A stretch of DNA of 64,000 bases. Source: Eledone cirrhosa (taxonomy: Eukaryota). The notes beneath the pieces are model-generated. The model was given only the letters and a program-made list of their open reading frames with translations. It had not been told where the DNA came from and made no database searches. Position 1 is the first letter of the stretch; every line of letters starts with the position of its first letter. The translations under genes were made by a program, and so were the position numbers. The stretch is taken from assembly GCA_964016885.1 (NCBI GenBank), contig OZ024750.1, positions 6,572,001 through 6,636,000 on the forward strand, in the 5' to 3' direction. Below, piece by piece: positions 1 to 11,626 of this stretch.

Positions 1-972
1 ACTTCTGTTCATTTTCGTAGAATATTTTATTTTCAGTTCACTTATTTCTTGGCAGTTATACTATAGACATCAACGAAAGAGTTTTGTCACTAACATTACT
101 AAAACCCATTATATCTGTTTGTACCTTTGATTTTGCCAAAGAGAAACAGACAAACAGAAAAGAGAAATAAAGACAAAATACAAGGAAGATAATTCGTGAC
201 TTTAACATATCAGAGTTTATCATATTTGCTATTTGTTTCTTTTGTTGTAACCACGGCAGAGAAACATCTTTTATGAATATAATTTTCTTCAGAAGCTGTT
301 TTTGCTTTAATTGGTTCAGTGGTTTTTATGAATAGGACGGGAAACTTGTGTGTTCATATTGAAATTAGAGCGTGTTTGGATTAGAAGTTTTCATAAATTG
401 ACCCGCTTCTGTGGAATAACAAATTATTCAGTCCCGGACTAAAGACTAAACGGTACAAATTTAGTTACGCACTTTTACGTTCTGCGTTCGAATTACATCG
501 AGATCAGCTTCGTCTTTCATCTTTACGTGGCCTTAAGGGTGATAGGCGAAGGCCAAAAAAGTAGCAGTATTACTATTACTTTCTAGAATTGAAATAGTCG
601 AGTATACTTCAAAGAGCCCCAGCATGACCATTGTCTAAGTTCGAATTAATTCAACTCCGACACGGGAAGAATATTTTCTTCAGTTCTTTAAAATAATAGT
701 ACATATAGTAATATTGACAAGAGTTCGAAAATTATTTGGTCGGGTGGGGTCACAAAGAAGTGAATCTGAGTTTAAAGTTGGAGATTGACAGTAAGAGTGG
801 AAGTGTTTGACAGGTGATTGACAGGTGTAACGAGTGAGCTGAAGGTTTTCAGCCGTTATAGTCTCCAAAATGAACAACAGCAAGATTTTTATATAGAAAT
901 ATATCAAATTAGAAATTTTGAATATCTTTATGATTTACATTAATTACAAAAGTTGTTTAAAATTTTGGTTAC

Positions 973-1230
973 ATATATAGATATACTTACGTCACAGAAT
1001 TTTACGTATGTCTATGTATATATATATATATATATATAACAAAGGAATTGTGGTAAGGAACCAGATGGACCATAACGCACCAGAGCACTCAATACTTAGT
1101 GAAGTAGAGTGGGAAATAAGAAAAAGTATGACCCCGACGGCAGAGCTCTGCCGTCGGGGTCATACTTTTTCCAATATATATATATGCGTAGACATGCGTA
1201 AAATTCCGTGACGTAAGTATATCTATATAT
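973..1230. repeat. Nested palindrome: outer ~48-bp inverted repeat around a (TA)n core that holds a family-A insert
   Basis: atatagatatacttacgtcacagaattttacgtatgtcta (~975-1014) is the reverse complement, with a few mismatches, of tagacatgcgtaaaattccgtgacgtaagtatatctatat (~1189-1228). Confidence 0.8.
1038..1172. mobile_element. Family-A fold-back insert in (TA)n, PLE-like 3' end, copy 1
   Basis: Homologous to 7464, 26470, 54705 and 59595. Perfect hairpin 1120-1171 centred on GAGCTC; (TA)n on both sides. Confidence 0.75.
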
Positions 1231-1233
1231 ATA

Positions 1234-1355
1234 TGAAATGTAAACAGAAATAACAACACAATCAGTACTGTATATGGAAGGGATATATTAGGTTAACGCT
1301 TGATATAGCAGGAAGAGGGTCTTAACATTTCGGACGCTAGTCCTTCATCAGAAGA
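1234..1355 (-). mobile_element. Family-B PLE-like 3' fragment carrying a minimal HHR
   Basis: Homologous to 41812-41899; ends in TA on the left; contains the HHR at 1320-1355. Confidence 0.7.
1320..1355 (-). ncRNA. Minimal type-I hammerhead ribozyme (slightly degenerate stem III)
   Basis: Minus strand reads TCTT-CTGATGA-A-GGAC TAGC GTCC-GAAA-TGTT-AAGA: stem I TCTT/AAGA, intact core, 4-bp stem II. Confidence 0.7.
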
Positions 1356-1795
1356 AAGAATGAAAAATAAGATAGATTGAGGGGACGGGCGGGTTGGAAT
1401 TGGAAAAAATACACACAGATAGACAAACAAACAAACAATTGTCATCAGCAACAGATCTCTTGGATGGTAATAGATATACAGAGATACAGAGATACAGACA
1501 TTATAAAAAAGGAAAGATAACCAACAAATTTCAGCCTTTTGCGGTCTATCAGAGAAATTGATCTTTTAGTGGCAGAAGTTATTATCAGCACGAGCTGAGT
1601 TAAATACTGCTTATTATCAAACAAACCATCCGCATTTGATTAAAATGATCGTATCGTATGGTTTCCTTTACGACAGAGCAAGCTAGAACAGCAATAAGAT
1701 GAAATTGTTCCCAATTAACTGGTCATGTTTAGAAACCGTTGTCTACTTATCTACCGAATGTTTGGATTGAAAGTTCCCCCCTCCTCTGTATTTAT

Positions 1796-1881
<86 letters not shown>

Positions 1882-1918
1882 CGCACTCATGCATACATAC
1901 ATATACACATGCATACAT

Positions 1919-1980
<62 letters not shown>

Positions 1981-1985
1981 ATCAA

Positions 1986-2016
1986 GTTTAATATAGAAAT
2001 AGCTTCTACGGGACTA
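1986..2016 (-). mobile_element. Family-G 31-bp fragment starting at the predicted HHR cleavage site
   Basis: gtttaatatagaaatagcttctacgggacta matches 29566-29596; homology stops exactly at ggacta. Confidence 0.55.
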
Positions 2017-2022
2017 ATACAT

Positions 2023-2062
<40 letters not shown>

Positions 2063-2783
2063 GCGCACACACGTAAAGTGCTTGTAAGGTTTAGTAAATA
2101 TTGTCATTTTGATGTAATTCTTGTATTTTAAGTGTTGTTGTTGCTGTTGCTGCTTTCGTTGTTAATGTTGTTGTTGTTGTTGTCGTTGCTGCTGTTGTTG
2201 TTGTTGTTGTTGTCGTTGCTGCTGTTGCTGTTGTTGTTGTCGTCGTTGCTCTACGTTTAGCTTAGTCAAATGGAATCAAAGAGTTTTCTGAGTTTGTCAT
2301 GAAGAGCTTTTATGTGGTAAAGCTAAGCTCTGAGATGGGAACTATGTGGAAACAAACAGCTTTGACTTAGCTGGACACCTATACACGCACACATACATAA
2401 TAACACCTATACACGCACATATACACAACAACACCTACACACGCACATACACAATAACACCTATATAGATACACATACATACACTAAGAGGCGTAGATAG
2501 ATACACGCACATACACAAAGACATGTAGATGAACGCACATACACAACAACACGTACGTAGATGCATATACATACACAAAAGACATGTAGATAGATACACG
2601 CACTCACACACACACACTCACACACACACTCACACACACACTCACACACACACTCACACACGCACACATATACACAGGCTATGTTGAGCTATTGTCATAA
2701 ACATGCAAAATGAGATAAACAGCTAGCAAGAAGGACACACAAAGATGCACGTTTCCCCCCCACTCTCTTCCACGTCCCCCCCC

Positions 2784-2847
<64 letters not shown>

Positions 2848-2949
2848 ACACACAAACACCAGTTTCAAGAAAACACCATATCCCAAGCTTCTACTTGACA
2901 TATTTTCTACTTTTATTCCTCTTCTGCTATCCAATTTCTTACCCCATTC

Positions 2950-3014
<65 letters not shown>

Positions 3015-3244
3015 ATATATATATGTGTGTGTCTGTATATGTATATATAGAAAGAGAACGAGAAAGAGAAGGGTTATGTAGGTATGTTAGCTTAATTATG
3101 TATGTATGTGTGTGTATGTATAAATGCTTTACTTTCTCCTTTACAAATACCCACAAAAGTCATTTTGTATATGTATGTGTGTGTGCGTATTTGCGTGCAG
3201 TCGTAAATGTGTACGTGTACATATTATACACACACGCACACGCA

Positions 3245-3332
<88 letters not shown>

Positions 3333-3521
3333 CATATAGACACACACATATATATGTATATATATATATGTGTATGTGTTTGCGTGCAGTCGTATATGTG
3401 TACGTGTACATATTATATATACATACATACACACACACGCACACACACATATATGTGTGTGTATATATATATATATAATATATACATATATAATATATAT
3501 ATATAATATATACATATATAC

Positions 3522-3578
<57 letters not shown>

Positions 3579-3823
3579 TATATAATATATACATATATAA
3601 TATATACATACACGTATATATATGTTTAAACTCTTTTACTCGTTCTAGTCTATCTGTTGTAAACGACTCTGACTTTTTCTCTGTTTCTCCTCGTTGATAC
3701 GATAAATGTGATAAATCTCATTGGTTTCAATTGCAAATATCGTATCACCACCTCCTCCTTTTCCCCTTTGCTATTTCAATTATATTTATTTGAAATAATT
3801 GTGCCGTTGCAGCTTAAAACCCT

Positions 3824-3876
<53 letters not shown>

Positions 3877-3917
3877 AACACACACATGCAGAAACTCACA
3901 AACACACACACACAGAT

Positions 3918-3992
<75 letters not shown>

Positions 3993-4198
3993 AACACACA
4001 CATGTAGAAACTCCCAGACACACACACACAGATGCACAGACACAGCCACACACACTCACACACAGTCGCACAGTCAAAAACACACACAGACTCACAGACA
4101 CACACACAGTTGCACAGACACAGACACACACACACACACATACTCACAGACACACACAAACACACACACACACACACACACACACATGCATACTCACA

Positions 4199-4234
<36 letters not shown>

Positions 4235-5008
4235 CACCACAGACTCACAGACACACAAATACCCACTAAAGTCATTGTTTGTACATGTACGAGTGTATTT
4301 GCGTGCAGTCGTATATCTGTACGTGTACATATTACATACACACACACACACACACATAGACACACACACATACACACAGACACACACAAGCACGCAGACA
4401 CACACACAGTCACACAGAGACACACACACAGGCACGCAGACACACACACACACACACACACAGCCACACACATACATACACACACATACACACAGGCACA
4501 CAGAGACACACACACAGACAGACAGACAACCAAAAGCCAATTCACACGAGAATACATCAACATAGATATAATAATACTCATACAAAGTATCCAGCCACAG
4601 ATATTTCAACAAATATAATTCAATAAACATATATAAACATAATAGCAATAATTGATCTGTATAACTATATAATGTGGATTATAGAAGTCTTTGATTCTTT
4701 GGTTTGATATATGATGGATCTGAGAGATCTGATGGAACCCGTTATTTTATGTGGAGGGAAATAGAGAGAGAATGGCTTAAGACCAGGCTCTGTTGTCGTT
4801 TAATCCTAGATCTATGATCAAAGACATTCCAGATATGACCATCCACTTTTGCTAGGCACACTACGTCTAAAATCACATTGCTAAACGTATCCTTCATTTC
4901 TAAGATGGCGTAGTGTTAATTTGAGGGTTACTTAGCTTGTATATCTTGCAGATCCTTCTTCTTTTACCGCATCAAATATTCTCACCCAGGGTTGACTTAG
5001 GACTAAAC

Positions 5009-5313
5009 CAACGGTCCTCAACCACCACCAGGCCGCGGGCCGGTGCCGAGCCGCTAAGAAGCCCTTCACTATTGGGTGAAGAGTTGATCTTGCCTGTCGC
5101 TAAATACATTTGCTGTGAAGCTTTTTTATGAGAAACAGCTGTTAAAAAGGTAGCAATGGTTCCTCTTTCAACTAACACCATAACTAGAGGAATTGATGAA
5201 ATAGCGGAGGGCTTTGAAGCACAATTGTTAGAGAGGATTAACGAGTATCGGTCCGGAGGGAAAATTGTCTTGTTTGACACCCGTCCGTGGCGCAAAATGT
5301 TTAGAGACCGCTG
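5009..5313 (+). mobile_element. Internally deleted Buster/Charlie-type hAT DNA transposon (MER1/Charlie3-like ends) with transposase remnant
   Basis: Termini CAACGGTCCTCAAC...GTTTAGAGACCGCTG. 8-bp TSD gactaaac (5001-5008) / ggctaaac (5314-5321) with central TA. The internal segment reads GEELILPVAKYICCEAFL*ETAVKKVAMVPLSTNTITRGIDEIAEGFEAQLLERINE. Confidence 0.85.
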
Positions 5314-5917
5314 GGCTAAACAGCAGCAACAACAACAACAGCAACATATCATTTTACACTTGCTCCTACATTTTGTTTCTATATCTCTGTTGTAGTTAAC
5401 ATTAACACAAATGACATTTACTTGCTGGATTACGTAGTATTTTTCATAAGACACTACTTAACATAAAGGATAGCTGGACTGTGACAGTTTAGTGTTTCTT
5501 TGAAATAATGTTGCCAGTGAAAGGATACGAACTACTGACCTCTTCGATAGTGTTCCCTTCTCTCTAAACACAGACCAGCTCTACGCCCCCACACACCCCA
5601 CACACGTGTGTATATATATATATACACACACAGCTCCAGCTTTCCAAGCTGGAAAAACAAAACATGTTTACAATACAGTGTAACCTTGCAGACATAAAAA
5701 TGACATTTGTATCTTACGTTTCGTCATAATAGACACACAGACAATAATACTATTTACAATGTATGTGATGATGATGCTAATAATAATAATAATAATATTA
5801 ATATTAATAATGGTTTATATGAAAGAACTTCCCCATCCTCGAAACGAGATTTACTTCTGAAGTGGTATTTCGAAATGTCCATCAAATGACATGACACCTC
5901 TCCTACCCCAGACCCAT

Positions 5918-5956
<39 letters not shown>

Positions 5957-6845
5957 TCTCCATGTGTCTCCATACTTCTCTCTTCCTCTCATCTCCTTCC
6001 TCTCCCCTCCTTTCTCTCCTCTCTCTCTCTCTTTCTCTCCTCTCCTTCCTCTCTTCTGCATCATCTCTCTCTCCTTCTCTCTCACTCTTCCTATCTCTCT
6101 CTCTCTCCTTCTCTCTCACTCTTCCTATCTCTCTCTCTCCTTCTCTCTCACTCTTCCTATCTCTCTCTCTCTCTCTCTCGCTCTTCCCATATCCCCCCCC
6201 TCTCTTTTCCCATACCCCCTCCCTCTTCCCATATCCCCCATCTCTCTCTCGCTCTCCCCATCTCTCTCTCTCTCTCGCTCTCCCCATCTCTCTCTCTCTC
6301 TCTCTCTCCCTTCAAACCACTCCACGCCTTTATTCTCATCTTCCACTAAGATATTTTTTTTTATTTTTCGTGTCCTACATAAAAGATTATCAGAAATTCT
6401 AGAAAATAATGACCGGAAATCCCCGGACAGCCATATTGTGTGTTCGGTTTGATAATGGCCACGTTTTAGATATTAGCCAAAGGGCAACTTTGTTTTTCAG
6501 CATCAGAGCCTGCTAACTCCTTCATATTTGCTGCTCAAATACTAACGGGAAGCAGATACTTTTCTCATGTTTTACTGGTGATCATTATGTAAAACTATAT
6601 CTTTCGGCCATGTTGTTTCACACCATCCTCCTTTACTTCATTACTATTTATTCTTTCACAGTTTTTGTTGTAAAAAGTTACTATGTCTCCATGAATTTTA
6701 CAACATTAATTTATCTATCATGCAGGGAGCCTTTTGAAATACCAATGTTCGCTTTTCCTCATTTATTTTTACCGTTTAATAGTTTCAACCAGTGCTCTCC
6801 GGCCAAGCTAGGGCACCGTTTGGTATAATTATTACAATATATGTA

Positions 6846-6910
<65 letters not shown>

Positions 6911-6998
6911 TTCCTCCAAGCGTGAAACTAATACAACTTCATATTATTGCATCCTCTTCTTAGTTAATTTATTTTTTGTTTCCTTGATATATATATAT

Positions 6999-7080
6999 CA
7001 CCCCACTCTCAAGAGCGTGAAATTAATAAACATTCGTTGTACTGCCTCTCTGTTTTGTTCCTGTTAAAATTTTCCATTAT
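6999..7080 (+). mobile_element. Family-F short TA-embedded insert
   Basis: cgtgaaattaataaacattcgttgtactgcctctctg matches the reverse complement of 48861-48922. Confidence 0.6.
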
Positions 7081-7156
7081 ATATATATAACTAGTTAGAT
7101 CATTATTTAACAGTTTTTTCGATACTTAGAAAGAGTTCAGCCGTCGGGCCTCGACT

Positions 7157-7184
<28 letters not shown>

Positions 7185-7196
<12 letters not shown>

Positions 7197-7435
7197 AAGC
7201 GATGAAATACCAATGAAAGTTGGAAGATCACTGATGAAAGACTAATGTTATTCATATGTAACCCATGTACAACCACGCAGCACTCCATTTTTCTTAGCTC
7301 CGTATTCGCACCACCAACTACACAAACGAAGATGGGTGAACTGCACTGCGTTGAGTACTCTTCACAATATTACACCAGAATTGACCATACGGAATGACCA
7401 GTTCTATCCAGTAGTGAACCAATAAACCTTAAGAA

Positions 7436-7437
<2 letters not shown>
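7185..7437 (+). mobile_element. Family-E TA-embedded insert (PLE-like 3' end)
   Basis: The 3' ~140 bp is homologous to the reverse complement of 48938-49075; flanked by (TA)n. Confidence 0.6.
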
Positions 7438-7463
<26 letters not shown>

Positions 7464-7466
<3 letters not shown>

Positions 7467-7655
7467 GAAGGAAGTGTAGTAAGATACCAGGTGGACCATA
7501 ACGCACCAGAGTACTCAATACTTAGGGTAGTAAAGTGGGTAATAGTAGGAAAATAGTCAGGACCCCGACGGCTGAGCTCCGGCCGTTTCGACAGCTAGAT
7601 CCGAACTAGCTGTCGAAACGGCCGGAGCTCAGCCGTCGGGGTCCTGACTCTTTCT
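7464..7655. mobile_element. Family-A fold-back insert, copy 2
   Basis: Long left arm, 7-nt loop at 7599-7605, short right arm ending at ttctaat, (TA)n flanks. Confidence 0.8.
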
Positions 7656-7667
7656 AATACATATACA

Positions 7668-7698
<31 letters not shown>

Positions 7699-8017
7699 GT
7701 GTGTGTGCGAGTGTTTGTCATATTTTTATCTTTACGAATGTTTATGTTATTTATTTATTTATCTATTGCTTAAGTGATATGATACTTTAAAAGATAAGAG
7801 CTAACGGTTTGTACTGTTTTGTTTTACTTTTAACTCCCACCTACTCCCACACTATACCTCAACTTGCTATTTAAAACTGTGTCTTAGATATCAGGTTAAT
7901 CTCCTGTTTACTTCCACACAAACACACACTCACACACACACACACATACAAACATATCACATACACACACAGGCACAAACGCACACACACTCACACAAAC
8001 ATCTCAGACACATACAG

Positions 8018-8102
<85 letters not shown>

Positions 8103-8324
8103 TGCAGACATAAACACCTTACATTTACGTTAGATAAGATACTCTAATTTCCTTGATTCATCGGTCAACAAATGCTTTTTTTTATATCAGGACCACAGTT
8201 TTCTAATTATATATATATATATATATGTATATATATTTATATACATGTATATGATAAATTTATTATCATTATTATTATTATATAAGTTTTATATATAATA
8301 TATACAGCTATTATATATATATAA

Positions 8325-8475
8325 CGGCGGTGGATTGGCAGTATTTCCAGCTTACGATCTGAGTTCAAATCCCGCCGAGGTTGACTTTGCCTTTCATCCT
8401 TACGAGGTCGATAAAATAAAGTACCAGTAATGCACTGGGTATTTGCTGGCCTTGTGCCTAGAGTAGAAACAATTA
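8325..8475 (+). mobile_element. SINE family S1 (GAGTTCAAATCC B-box; ctttcatccttacggggtcgataaaataaagtaccag core)
   Basis: Repeated at ~14270-14440(-), 21715-21905(+), 24224-24413(+), 28135-28230(-), 30420-30597(+), 38660-38810(+), 60248-60465(-). Confidence 0.85.
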
Positions 8476-8547
8476 TATATATACATTTTATACATAATAT
8501 TTATTAACATAAATATTATGTATACTTATAATTCATACACACACACA

Positions 8548-8606
<59 letters not shown>

Positions 8607-8715
8607 TGACTTTATAATCGTCATAGTTCTAATTGTGTATATTTCTAAAGCGATATAAAAGTTATATATATATAATATGATTTCTATGTTCAATATATAA
8701 TATATACAATTTATA

Positions 8716-8820
8716 TTATGTTATATATATATATAAAATATATATATATATATAAAATATATATATATATATAAAATATATAAAATATATATATATATAT
8801 AAAAAATATATAAAATATAT

Positions 8821-8918
<98 letters not shown>

Positions 8919-8924
8919 ATATAT

Positions 8925-9003
<79 letters not shown>

Positions 9004-9437
9004 TATATATATATAAAATATATATATATATATATAAAATATATATATATATATATAAAATATATATATATAAAATATATATATATATATAAAATATATA
9101 TATATATATAAAATATATATATATATATATAAAATATATATATATATATATATAAAATATATATATATATATAATATATAAAATATATATATATAAAATA
9201 TATATATTTTATATATATATATATATAATATATATATATATATAATATATAATATATAATATATATATATAAAAAATATATATATATATTTAAAATATAT
9301 ATATATATTTAAAATATATATATATATATAATATATATATATATATAATATATAATATATATATATATATATAAAAAATATATATATATATATATAAAAT
9401 ATATAAAATATATATACATAAAAAATATATATATATT

Positions 9438-9504
<67 letters not shown>

Positions 9505-9505
9505 T
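8716..9505. repeat. ~790-bp (TA)n tract punctuated by short A runs
   Basis: Direct reading; abuts the left end of the HHR array. Confidence 0.95.
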
Positions 9506-11626
9506 AAAAACAAATAACGAAACGAAATTAAATTTCGTTTCGTTTGTAACTCACTTTTGTATGACTGACGCTCAAACAATTAAGTCAAAGATGTACATCC
9601 ATATATGTATACTGAAATACTAGTATGTATATGAATACACAAACGTATACATATGTAGATGTACCAAGTTTTTTTTTTCACTGATCACTTTACTGTGAGT
9701 GGCCAGCTATTCTGTATGTAAACACACAGACAAACCGGTTTTTAGAGTCATACTGGTTTTTGAGGAAACACCTTTCCTCTATTCTCCAGAAAGCCAGACA
9801 AGGAATATTGAACTAGTTTCGTTGTTGTTACAACTCATCAGCAATATTTACCTATCTTCCGGCCTCTCTAGAGAATCGTAAAAGCACATATCGCTATATG
9901 CTTTTTCTATGAAAATTAGTAGTGGGCAGACCAACTTGCATAGAGTGTGAGTAAGTACCGGTTCAACGGAGACGATAAAAACAAATAACGAAACGAAATT
10001 AAATTTCGTTTCGTTTGTAACTCACTTTTGTATGACTGACGCTCAAACAATTAAGTCAAAGATGTACATCCATATATGTATACTGAAATACTAGTATGTA
10101 TATGAATACACAAACGTATACATATGTAGATGTACCAAGTTTTTTTTCACTGATCACTTTACTGTGAGTGGCCAGCTATTCTGTATGTAAACACACAGAC
10201 AAACCGGTTTTTAGAGTCATACTGGTTTTTGAGGAAACACCTTTCCTCTATTCTCCAGAAAGCCAGACAAGGAATATTGAACTAGTTTCGTTGTTGTTAC
10301 AACTCATCAGCAATATTTACCTATCTTCCGGCCTCTCTAGAGAATCGTAAAAGCACATATCGCTATATGCTTTTTCTATGAAAATTAGTAGTGGGCAGAC
10401 CAACTTGCATAGAGTGTGAGTAAGTACCGGTTCAACGGAGACGATAAAAACAAATAACGAAACGAAATTAAATTTCGTTTCGTTTGTAACTCACTTTTGT
10501 ATGACTGACGCTCAAACAATTAAGTCAAAGATGTACATCCATATATGTATACTGAAATACTAGTATGTATATGAATACACAAACGTATACATATGTAGAT
10601 GTACCAAGTTTTTTTTTTCACTGATCACTTTACTGTGAGTGGCCAGCTATTCTGTATGTAAACACACAGACAAACCGGTTTTTAGAGTCATACTGGTTTT
10701 TGAGGAAACACCTTTCCTCTATTCTCCAGAAAGCCAGACAAGGAATATTGAACTAGTTTCGTTGTTGTTACAACTCATCAGCAATATTTACCTATCTTCC
10801 GGCCTCTCTAGAGAATCGTAAAAGCACATATCGCTATATGCTTTTTCTATGAAAATTAGTAGTGGGCAGACCAACTTGCATAGAGTGTGAGTAAGTACCG
10901 GTTCAACGGAGACGATAAAAACAAATAACGAAACGAAATTAAATTTCGTTTCGTTTGTAACTCACTTTTGTATGACTGACGCTCAAACAATTAAGTCAAA
11001 GATGTACATCCATATATGTATACTGAAATACTAGTATGTATATGAATACACAAACGTATACATATGTAGATGCACCAAGTTTTTTTCACTGATCACTTTA
11101 CTGTGAGTGGCCAGCTATTCTGTATGTAAACACACAGACAAACCGGTTTTTAGAGTCATACTGGTTTTTGAGGAAACACCTTTCCTCTATTCTCCAGAAA
11201 GCCAGACAAGGAATATTGAACTAGTTTCGTTGTTGTTACAACTCATCAGCAATATTTACCTATCTTCTGGCCTCTCTAGAGAATCGTAAAAGCACATATC
11301 GCTATATGCTTTTTCTATGAAAATTAGTAGTGGGCAGACCAACTTGCATAGAGTGTGAGTAAGTACCGGTTCAACGGAGACGATAAAAACAAATAACGAA
11401 ACGAAATTAAATTTCGTTTCGTTTGTAACTCACTTTTGTATGACTGACGCTCAAACAATTAAGTCAAAGATGTACATCCATATATGTATACTGAAATACT
11501 AGTATGTATATGAATACACAAACGTATACATATGTAGATGTACCAAGTTTTTTTTCACTGATCACTTTACTGTGAGTGGCCAGCTATTCTGTATGTAAAC
11601 ACACAGACAAACCGGTTTTTAGAGTC
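9503..11626 (-). mobile_element. Retrozyme-like tandem array, left arm (~4.5 x ~469-bp HHR-containing units)
   Basis: Unit periodicity is 469/471/468 bp (from the identical 60-aa pseudo-ORF positions). HHRs on the minus strand at 9804-9848, 10273-10317, 10744-10788, 11212-11256. Confidence 0.9.
9804..9848 (-). ncRNA. Canonical minimal type-I hammerhead ribozyme (first of 8 identical copies)
   Basis: AATATTG-CTGATGA-GTTGT AACA ACAAC-GAAA-CTAG-TT-CAATATT: 7-bp stem I, intact core, 5-bp stem II, palindromic stem III ACTAGT, GUU cleavage triplet. Confidence 0.92.

Noticed and set aside
680-907. 75-aa ORF with SPVKHF, reminiscent of a GIY-YIG PV..HF motif
   Set aside because: Single short motif with no other support.
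1442-1448. TCATCAG (minus-strand CTGATGA); likewise plus-strand CTGATGA at ~15553, ~27880, ~42798
   Set aside because: No appropriately placed GAAA with flanking stems.
7228-7265. CTGATGA in family E
   Set aside because: No GAAA or pairing stem I follows (only catatgta); cannot be called an HHR.
9699-9881. 60-aa ORF repeated 8 times (MASYSVCKH...)
   Set aside because: GTG start, antisense to the HHR, no recognisable domain; its identity simply reflects unit identity.
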